Shown here piece after piece: positions 1-10,004 of a stretch of DNA of 64,000 nt (positions within the stretch are counted from its first letter, which is position 1; every line of letters begins with the position of its first letter). This stretch comes from Lepidodermella squamata. Taxonomy: Eukaryota; Animalia; Gastrotricha. A model generated the notes under the pieces. That model did no database searches. It was not told the origin of the DNA and saw nothing but the letters and a program-made list of their open reading frames with translations. The translations under genes were made by a program, and so were the position numbers. The DNA lies in NCBI GenBank assembly GCA_047495785.1, contig JBLDXI010000055.1:496001-560000 (forward strand). Direction: 5' to 3'.

Positions 1-867
1 GCTAAGCAGTAACATAATTAAATAGTACATCAGCATTTGTACCTTCATAGCCCTTTCAAGCTTGCATATAAATGATTAGCAGGTTATTACACATCGCTGT
101 TAAAAATATATGGGGAGAGCAGCAGCAAATTTGAGTTCACGCTGAAGAGTAGGATGGAGGAGTAAATAGGGACAAACGAGTAGCAATCATTGAAAAATGA
201 TTCCTTCATTCTTATAGATGAACAGAAGTGAAGTCAATCGCCAATCGACAACATAACTCTGCAACGATAAAGGCTCGGAGATCGGCAGCTTTATCAATCA
301 ATATATCATTTAATTAAAATGTCCTTGCAGCATCAGGTATTCAGGTATCCTGTCGAAAACGCTGACCGCTGACGCTTGTTACCTTTGAAGCGCTTCAGAA
401 TTGAGCAACGAACTTCGACAGGGAATGAAACGCTTACCCCTTCGCGTATGATGGCTCTAACCCTCCATTTTTTCAAAAGAAATTAGTGCTATATTAAAAA
501 TATTACATTTTGTTTTAAAATATTTACTTTATTTGAACACTGTAAAATTCATTTTTAAAGTTGAATAACCGTGTTGACGAAGTTCAAATTTCCAAAATGG
601 CGTCCGATGATCCCGCGGAAACTGTTGCACAGCGTTGCGATGTCCCCGTTGCTTTTTAGTTTAGCTCAACACATCGAGCTTTGTTTCTCTTTTAATGTTG
701 CTTTAGATTTGGCTAGATCATTTAATCACATGTCCTACATGCCCCCTCTTAATTGTTTATCCCATGACTATGTCCTTCGTCCTTCTCTAACAACAATCAA
801 TTAAGTATATTATTTTTGACGTCGTAGGTGATCGCTTTGTTTCGCTGTTATTAATTTGATACGTGCT

Positions 868-1065
868 ATGGGTCGTGCCAAGAAAGTCGAGAAGAAAACG
901 GAAGCAGCTGCTGAGGCTGCCCCAGCTGCTGCTGCCGCGGCTCCCGCTCCGAAGAGTCCTGCCAAAGCGAAAGTAACAAAGAAAAAGGCGGCAAAGAAGA
1001 GTCCGAAGAAGGCCGGAGGTGGCAAGAAGAAGGCGAGTCCCAAGAAGGCTGCGAAGAAAAAGTGA
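868..1065 (+). CDS. 65-aa Lys/Ala-rich basic protein resembling a histone H1 C-terminal tail / protamine-like protein, no globular domain
   Basis: ATG868-TGA1065: MGRAKKVEKK...KSPAKAK...KKSPKKAGGGKKKASPKKAAKKK; SPKK-type motifs; acceptor-like ttttt...gtag at ~827 upstream. Confidence 0.6.
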   Translation: MGRAKKVEKKTEAAAEAAPAAAAAAPAPKSPAKAKVTKKKAAKKSPKKAGGGKKKASPKKAAKKK

Positions 1066-1435
1066 AACTACAGCAACGTCTAACCCCAGTGTCAATCCCG
1101 GCAAACTTCGCTTGCCTCTTGTTTTTTCTTGACTACTTAGGCCTTACATTCCTTTACTTTCCGTGTCATCTCATTTGTAATAGTAATTCATGTTTTATCG
1201 ACTTGTTCGCCAACCTTGGCATGCTTTTATGACAGTTTTGGCACATCATCGCATCTGTCGATTGTTACTAGTCCTGTTGCCTTGATAAGTTGCCATTGTT
1301 GATGTTATTAAGCCGATGCTGTCGAGTAAACTAATCACTTGATACGAAGTTACTGACTTTTTCTGTTGGTGTATTTAGCGTCGTCTTATAATATGCATAT
1401 AACCATGGTTTGAAATCCTGCCGCCCGACCTGCAG

Positions 1436-2938
1436 ATGTCTGAGGAACGAAACAATTCGTTGCGGAAGTTTGCGCTATGGCGAAACTGTGTCACTCCTAA
1501 AAGGTAATAAATCCTGAACGTAATGGATCTTGTTAATGATGGCTTGAATTCCGTCGAAAATAAAGTTCGCGTAATAGAGGTTCACCTCAGACTCCGCTGA
1601 CTGGCGAAAATGCTGTGACCAACCCTTTTGCCAATCCGCATGAAAATTTGCATCAGCCTTTCTGCAGTCCTGAAACGTTCTATTCAGCTATATTTTCTTA
1701 TGAAGCGACGCATGACAGTCTGCAAGGAATATCAGAAGAGACGCCTTCAGGTTTGAACGAGAAACTTTGATCTGTTTGCTCTGAATTGATATTTAGACGT
1801 GGAGGCGAGTCCTAAGCAGCGCCGGTCCAACGTGCCACCGACCGCCAGTGGCATGATGTGGTCGCCGGAGCAACAAGCGTTACTATTCCCTGTCAACATT
1901 GATGATCGCGACGTAGCGCGTCAAGCAAGAGCAGAAGCTCGAGCTATTCTCATGTGCTCCTGTCAGTCATCCAATAAAATGCAGTTTTGTCACATACATG
2001 CGGTCGAAGCGGCTAACCAAGCTAAATTAAATTTATTTTGGGGCGGCCCGGGTGGGCCTCCTGGTCTTCATTCGCCCGCTTCTGCTTCACCACCGTCGGC
2101 CCAGCTGCGCCGGCTCGCGACCGCCTCATCGCGGCTTAACATCGACGACGATGATTACGTCAGTTGTAGCAGCAGCTGCAGCAATAAGCACCCTAACGTG
2201 GACGACGTTCCTTATCGCGAGGGTTTTAACTCGGTTGCGTGCCAGACGGACTTCCAATTACCACCTCATCCGATAACGCAGGCTGAATTGTGTGCAGCCT
2301 TTCACGCCGCTATCGCTTATAATCCGCTGTTTAAAGCCCTATACGAATGTGCGTCGGAGAGGCTGCGAGCGAGCCCAAGCACGGTTGTTCCTCCCGTGGG
2401 CCACGGTCGCATTGACTGGTCGCCGCCTTCAGATGGCAAATCGGATGAAATAATTAGGCGAAGAAGGTCAAGGCAGTCCCGTGATGACGGAGCGCTAACT
2501 CCGCGTAGGCCGCCATCTTTCGGCGCCACCCCGTCGATATCTTTACGCAGACGGTCATTCGGTGAATTGGATTTAAGCCCTATCCATGGCGAATGGACGT
2601 CATCGTCATCGTCGTCAGAAATAAACGAAAAGGCGCGAAGTTGCAACCATGTTGGAGTTGAGTCTGATGAAATTATGTCTCTACAAACGACTCCGGCCGC
2701 GAGTTCACGGCCGGTTATGTCAACGGACCCGCAACTTGAAAATCGCGAAAATATTCACCAGGATCAAAATTGCATATCACCTATAGCCGGATTCGTTGAG
2801 GGCGACGTGATGTCCTCGACATATTACACGGACAGCGTTCACGCTAGTAAAGCCGACTTGATTTGCTGCGAAAAAGTCACGGAAGTTGATAATGGGTATC
2901 AAAGCATGGCCGCGTCTCTTCACAGCACAACTCGATGA
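1436..2938 (+). CDS. bora: Protein aurora borealis (Bora), Aurora-A/Plk1 activator; 3 exons (1436-1503, ~1566-1750, 1797-2938)
   Basis: Spliced translation gives TNPFANPHENLHQPFCSPETF, MMWSPEQQALLFPVNIDDRDVARQ (cf. Bora NPFE..LH..SPSVF / FRWSIDQLA..NPVEID..DIHRQ), VACQTDFQLP, LSPI and C-terminal DNGYQS (cf. DSGYNT degron). Introns 1504-1565 and 1751-1796 keep frame. Confidence 0.75.
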
Positions 2939-3905
2939 CGACATGAAAAATATCTCATCGTACATGTACAGCACATGTTGTGTTTTCTTATATAACTCGG
3001 ATAGTCTCTTTCTGATCACTTTTCTGTATTCCGTTTTGCGGTGATTTTTTTTGTTAAATCGTGGCAGCGTCTTTCAATCCCGATGTTCGCTATTTTATAA
3101 AAATGGAAATCAATCTTTCATATTTGCGATGAATTGTTCGTGTGACTTGCAGCTCTTATTGTTATCCTCTTTTGTTTTTACTGTCATTTGTGTGTATAAA
3201 GAACAGCGCATAATTAACCACCTGAAATCTCCACCTTAATTTATACCTAACTGCTTACCACCATTAATATGCGCTGGTGGGTACACAATGAATTTTGCTA
3301 TTAAATTAATCCCTGCTCATTATTTCCACTGGTTATATGGTGGTGGTAATGATGACATTTGTTGACGTGATGTTTACTCGGTATTTGCGTGCGATTTGGG
3401 TGCTGCTCACAATTTTTGCACGTAGTCTCTCCTCTCCTTCCTACTGCTGGTCTTTTGAAGAACACACGAAATGTAATTAAATAAAACGGCGGCACGGTGG
3501 ATTTTTGGCAGCGGAATAACGAGTCTTTTTTACGAGGCGTGCGATGAATAGGGATGGCAATTTGGCGGGTTTGCCGGTGGCACCTTTTTGTTTATTCGCG
3601 GCGAGAGCTCTTGTACCCGAAAGAAAGCGCCTTTATTTTTCCTGAGGGTTTCCTCACGGTTGTTTGCATAAACACGCAAATTGGGCATGTGTCAAATGAA
3701 GATACTTATTCACGAGCCGGCCATTGATCTCACCAGGTGCATATCTCTGAAGAGTAAACAACAGAGGAACAAAAACAGCGGAAGGCCGCGCAGGCGTCGC
3801 CACTTTTTCACATTTCGCCATTTGAGAAGGTTTGTTTTTGTGAATATTTAAAACAACAACATCAACTTGAGGCGTTTTGTTGGCTCATTTCCAGACACCT
3901 TTGCC

Positions 3906-5923
3906 ATGAAATTGGCTCTGCTCGCTTTGCTAGGCGTAGCTCAGCTTTTACCTTCAGTCCGGTCTTCGATCACGTGCCGGAGCCAAGAAAACGCGGCGGT
4001 TGAATGGTTCACAGTATATAAAGTTCCGCAGCTAAGCGATTCCTCAGTGAAATGGGCTGAGGCTAAAACAGGAGGCGCGTTTTTCTACCAGGTATCAATA
4101 AAATTTCACACTAACAAAATAGCGCGATATAACATGATTTCATATTAGGACTCCCATGCTCCTGGAAGCTGGAAGAGGTCTGCCGTTTTGATCAACGCCA
4201 CCAATCAGTTGGTTAGCCATACTCTCGACCAGCTATACTCGGCTACGAACCCGGAAAAACTCACCTACGTATTGTACAACGAAAATAGCCCGGTCGATAA
4301 GAAAAACCATGGTGGCGCCGGTCATGGCAAAGGCTTCATCATCTTCGACGATGTCTCCGGCATCTGGGTAACCCACACGATTCCTTATTTCCCTCCTCAG
4401 AAAAGCAAAGGTTTAAAATTTTCCCAATTCATACCTTCGCCTATATTTTGATTTATATTACAAAAATAGGCTACAGCTATCCAAGCGGAGGACACAATGC
4501 GCACATCTATGGTCAAACTGTATTTTGCGCAACTTTCGCGACTGCTGAGCTTGATAAAATCGGTAAATTCCTTGTCTAGAGCATCAACAAAGCCTAGCTT
4601 TTTTCTCCAATAGCTCATCAGCTGTGGTACTCGAACCCGTACATTTACGATAGCCACATTTCACCTTCGATGTTGGCTACTCACAAGAACCTGCGCCACC
4701 TGATTTCCAGCAAGGAAGGTCGCGAGGCGCCTCCGCAGCCACTGAAATCGATTGTCCAAATGGACGGCTTGACTGGCGCTCGCATTGTCTCGATCGCAAA
4801 GGACAGCCACCTTAATACCGAAATCTACGCCTACATCGTTGCGCCCCACTTCGGCGGCAGCATGTTAGCGCAGGCGTGGCGCCACGGCGGCGGCAACTAC
4901 CCATCGACCTGCTCGACAGCGACGAGCAGTGTAACAAACGTTCATGACGTTACCTTCACGGAGCGCCAAGTTAGCTGGAAGACAAAGGACGACCACTCGA
5001 ACTGGGCTGTTTCCAGCGACGCCAAGCGCGACCAATGGACATGCTTCGGTGACCTCAGTCGCCAGTTCCGCAGCTTCGAGCGCAGCGGTGGTGTGATGTG
5101 CATCGCCCATCACGGCCTTTGGCTGTCGTATCGCAAACTCATCACTGGAGTTGAGCACTGCGATAAGGCTGTTGGGCAGCAGTTTGAAAGCGATTTCGAC
5201 CTTCTGCCTCGACGACATGAAGAGCATAACGATCTACTCCAGCGGAAGAAGCGCCGAGCTGACGACGATTTTGACCGATCCTCCAGAGATGGAACCTGGG
5301 AATTGGCGTTTTTGCCAGGTTACAACAGCACTCCAAACGGTTCGTGGCCGTTTGAGACACGTAAATGGATGTTCCGCCCGCATAGCCACGAAAGCCATGA
5401 CAGCAGCCGTCCACGCCGCATGCCTCCAGGCCCGCCTCTACGTCCGGGTTTCGTGGATGTCGCCCCTGTCCCAGTTGCCCCCGTTCCGGTTCCAGTCGCG
5501 GTTCCACGCCCGGTACCTCGTCCTGTTCCTCGCCCAGTTGCGGTCCCTATTGCGTGGGATAAAAGCTGGAGCAAAGAACATTCATGGGGCAGTTGGGAAC
5601 GTGAATGGGGCCGTCGCGAGATCGAAGTCTATCGCCAACACCTTCGCCGGCTCCAGAGCCACGAGCGCCATGCTCAGGAACGGTGGGAAAGCGCGGAACG
5701 TCACCGCTGGTACCAGATTGAAATGCGCCGCAAGTGGGAGGAGGAGCAACGCCGCCGCTTGGCTCAGGCCAGAATCGACGCCTACAACCGCTATTTGGCC
5801 TCTCGCGAAGCCAGTGCTGAGCGGTCGCGCATTGAAGACCGAAAATGGCTGAACCACGAAGATTCATACGAAAACGAAGACTCGCGAAGCTCTATTATTC
5901 GCAACAAGGGTATTGAAGGCTAG
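3906..5923 (+). CDS. Secreted deoxyribonuclease II (plancitoxin-like family) with long C-terminal extension; exons 3906-4091, 4149-4410, 4470-4562, 4614-5923
   Basis: Signal peptide MKLALLALLGVAQLL; ITCRSQENAAVEWFTVYKVP, GHGKG, WVTHTIPYFPP, YGQTVFC, DHSNWAV, WTCFGDLSRQ, RSGGVMC are DNase II hallmarks; three GT-AG introns of 51-59 nt preserve frame. Confidence 0.85.
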
Positions 5924-6112
5924 AGAGGGAGATTCAAAAATCACATTCTTCAAAACACAATTCCTGTTTGCTCCAACTATTGATTCACGAAATGAATTTG
6001 AAACTTCAACGCATAGTTTTTATCAAAATTAGTATTTGATTTGTTTTGTTTTGCGTGGCGCAATAAAACTTTTATTTTAAACAAAAAATATGAGTATTTA
6101 TTTATTACACGT

Positions 6113-6835
6113 TTATTTGCCATCATGCGTTGATACATCAACACGAAATAGAGAATTTTTAGCTGAGCCAGCAAATAGTCCATAGCCTGCGATACCTACA
6201 TAAGTTCCAGATACGAACTTGAACATTCTTTTCACCGCACCTTTGGTTAGAAAATTGACAAGACTGAGAGTGGTTTTTGGCACGACGTCGTGGGTACTCC
6301 GCGATATCTCGATGAGCTTAACGACCCCAGCGGCTGCCTCTGGGCTACAGTCGCGATAGTGCCGCCTTAGGTGTTCCAAGGCCTTCCGACAAACGTCACG
6401 GCAGTTGTTTTCGATCGGGTCGTAAGCTTCACAGTAAATTGTAGCGCAGGTTCTTAGAGCATTGAAAATTCCATGGGGAGAATCATTAAGTGACATTGCT
6501 AGTTGCTTCAGCGAGATTTTATCTTCAGGGTAACAGCCATTGTATAGGAAAATAGCGATACTTTGGTCGTCATTCGCGACTTCGTAAGTTAGTTTCTCAT
6601 TGTCGGTGAAAGTTCCGTCGCCATTCATGTCAACATCGACTTGAAGGGCAGTGTGGTAGGGCCAATAGTTGACTTGGATGACGTAAATTTTTATCGCGAC
6701 AGCATCAGGCGGTGGAATCCAGGGTCCTGCATTGCTTATCGGTTCAGCGACTTTTGGCTGGGATAAACCCATCGACTTATACAGGGTTTGCCCTAGCTTT
6801 GTCGCCGTTGGCTTAATGTTTGCTAGCTTCTGCAT
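6113..6835 (-). CDS. Permuted papain-fold peptidase (PPPDE/DeSI- or LRAT-like), single exon
   Basis: ATG at 6835; His motif PYHTALQV precedes Cys motif YDPIENNCRDVC (cf. YHTGV...YxLLxNNCNHF). Confidence 0.55.
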   Translation of the reverse strand: MQKLANIKPTATKLGQTLYKSMGLSQPKVAEPISNAGPWIPPPDAVAIKIYVIQVNYWPYHTALQVDVDMNGDGTFTDNEKLTYEVANDDQSIAIFLYNGCYPEDKISLKQLAMSLNDSPHGIFNALRTCATIYCEAYDPIENNCRDVCRKALEHLRRHYRDCSPEAAAGVVKLIEISRSTHDVVPKTTLSLVNFLTKGAVKRMFKFVSGTYVGIAGYGLFAGSAKNSLFRVDVSTHDGK

Positions 6836-7367
6836 GAGATTCGAATGACAGATAATTGAGGCTAGTGGCACTGAGGCTAGCAAATTATATGGTATAAAAC
6901 ACCTGATCCCGCCTACGTCATTTTTCGTTTATGATGGCTATGAGCTGAGTCATCGCTGTTTTTTTGCTCACTGTTTGCGACCAGAGTACGTTTGAGCTTC
7001 ATGAGTGTTTCAAGCGGGCTGCGCTATGTAAATCCCAGAAAACGTGCTCTGCAGACCTGATTAATCACTTCAGCTCAGTGTGCTATAGCAGCAGGATTAG
7101 TTTTCCACGCTAACCGCTAACCACCGGCTGCTCGGAATGTACCTATAAGATTGAAAATTTGATGAATGATATAGTGTGCCAGTCTGATAATCAGGTATAT
7201 GGGCCATATCAACAATCTCAACTCTTATCAATTGTTGACAATATTCTTATAAATAAATTTTATCAGCAGCAGTTGGGAGAGCACCACAGTTTTATCAGTG
7301 TATAACACTTTCCCTCGACATTCTTTTATGAGCTAATAATTGCAAGCATTTTCGTAAACATACAATA

Positions 7368-9584
7368 ATGGCACAACTTACTAGTGAGGACTTTGACATA
7401 ATTGGCAAACCCTTAGGGAGGGGCGGTTTTTCTACCGCCTTCTGGGTGAGGCGAAAATCAGACCAAGCTGAATTCGTCTTGAAAGAGGTTGACATCACCT
7501 CGTTAAGGGCCTTAGGTGGCGATGGCAACCTTGAGGAAACGATCAAACGCGAGGTATTTTATTAAAAAAGCTGTTGGAATAACGAAATTTAACCTCCTGT
7601 ACTCCAGTATCAAGTCATGAAAGGCCTCGACCACCCGAATATAGTTCAAGTTTTCTCGCAATTCGACGAGGTTGTTAATGGCCGCGAATGTTATTTTCTT
7701 CTCATGCAATTTTGCGAAGATGGCAATCTTCAAGCCGCTATTTTAGAGGCTCGCAAACGCAATGTTTTGTTCGAAGAATGCCTCGTTTTACGCTGGACCT
7801 TCCAGCTGATTTCAGCCGTCAAGTACATTCATGATAAGAATGTTGTCCATCGAGACATCAAACCTCACGTAATTGATTTAGAAATATCAAATTTATCATC
7901 CAGAACTTGAGCTTTTCAGAATATTTTCATGACTAACTCGAGGCGTAATTTGAAATTGGGGGATTTTGGTATCGCGAAAAGTCAAGACAGGTAGATGAGA
8001 AAATGCTTCCTACAAATGAAATCCTGAAATCGCTTTTACAGTGTTCGAAGGTTACCTGGTTCAATAACATTCTTGGCGACCCCTGAGTACAGCTCGCCAG
8101 AATTCAGAACCGAACGCCATCCGTTTTGTGAAAAGTGTGACATTTTTTCACTTGGAGCGACTTTGCACCAACTGCTATCATTGACAACCTATCCTGTTGT
8201 TGGACATGTGAGTTTTTCGATGAAGCTTCAATACTTCACCTCGAGATCTTTTATTAGGATCGAGAATTCCCCCTCAAAACTCGCCAGTATTATAGCCAGG
8301 AGCTGCGGAGCTTCGTGAAATGGCTACTAGCTGAAGAAGATGCTGAGCGGCCAACAATCTCACAGGTCTCTTCAACAGGCCTAGTCACGCTTCAAGCCGC
8401 TGAATCAGTTCGCTGCAATCTAGATTTAAGGGTAATAAACCGCGACTTAATTATTTAATTTTTTGAACTCTTTGCGTTTATAGAGAAAGAAATCGGGTCC
8501 CAGTTCCTCAGATGTTCAACCACTGCCGAAAGTCACATCCCAATGGGTGTCTGTAATCATCGAACGGCCTACTCACTTCCTGGTCTTCGGTTACAGCGGC
8601 GATTTAATCGCACTGTCTAAAAATGCTGAATCAGTTCTATGGCGCAGCAAGATAGTCACGAAAGTTGCAGGGGTTTGGCACGCTGTGATTGATGAACATC
8701 GCCGCCGGCTTTACATAAGCTTCCACTGGCGATTCGATGTTGCAAATACGAAAAGCGTCGATGTTTACGTCGTAGACATCAGCCAGTGGTCAGAATCTGC
8801 GGCGCCAAACCCATCGCCAGTCACGCCTGAGTTGTTCTTCCATAGAAAGGACTGGCAGTGCTATGGATTAACGATTTTGCCCGACCAAGATTGTGTCTTT
8901 ATCTGCGACTGGCACAACGCTCAAATCGGGTTGTGGCGACTAGACGAATGGGGATCGGTTGCCGATGGGCAAAATGTTGAACCTAAATACTCAGTGACAA
9001 ATAAAGTTGGACCGTTCTCTAAGACAGGATTCCGGCCGACGAGGTGCGCGTTACTACCCGTCAATCGTATCGCCTCAGGCATGGAAGCATCACTGCTTGA
9101 TGCTGGGTTGGAGCAACGCCGTGAGAGATCAATTTCAATCCCAAGCAACTCACACGGTGACTCATACTACCTAGCTGTTTCTGATTGGTCGAATGATAGT
9201 ATTTACATTCTTCGAGTTACCTTCCCATCCGACGACGCACAGGCTACAGGCGATATCACGTTTGAATACCTACGGACCCTGGGCACAAAAGGCACTGAAG
9301 TTGGGTCATTTCGAGGTCCGGTTGATTTGAAATTCGACGTAGGCAGCGATTCACTTATTATTTGCGATCAACTCAACTGCCGTGTGCAATGCGCACAGCC
9401 GAACACGAAATGGCCGAATTGTAAGGTCAAAGCGATCAATCAGAGTTTGGGCAGGTATTTCTCAGCGATTGCTATTCAGGACAGAATCAGCGATTATCAC
9501 CACCAGCATTCAGGCGATGAATTACTTGTAGTAGCTGGGCTTAACAACGGCGATCTTGTTCGTTGTATCATTCCTCTTAATTGA
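7368..9584 (+). CDS. NEK-like Ser/Thr kinase fused to C-terminal NHL-type beta-propeller; exons 7368-7553, 7608-7868, 7920-7990, 8042-8207, 8258-8431, 8484-9584
   Basis: GRGGFS, FVLKEV, HPNIV, HRDIKPHNIF, LKLGDFGIAK, TPEYSSPE, CDIFSLG, YSQELRSFV..ERPTI; last exon has FICDWHNAQI, AVSDWSNDSI, GSFRGPVDLKFD..IICDQLNCRVQ (NHL-like). Confidence 0.8.
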
Positions 9585-10004
9585 ACAAACGCTATTCATT
9601 TTCCTATGCGACTGATATAATCAAAAAATAAATGATTTATTTTTATGGGACAAGACAATTTATTAGCATATTATCTAGGTCACATGTTTTCATTTGTGAT
9701 CAATTTGATTACTGGTTTTTTAAAGAGGTTATTTACTTCGCTTTGATAGCAGCGCGTCGAGATGAGCAACCGTCGCTCGGAAACTTGAAGAGCCTTTCAA
9801 AAGGGCCGTAACATCTCAATTCGGACATCTCAGAGGGATTTTTTCAGTGCAAAAGAGGCTCTCGGCTGGACACAAAGGCATTCATAGAAAAAACGAGATG
9901 TACTTGCTTCGTTAATTCACTCATACACTCCTGTTCTGTAAACCAGTATACCACCTACATTCTAGTATTTCAAGAGGCTCTGAATACTGTAAAAACAGCT
10001 GAGA

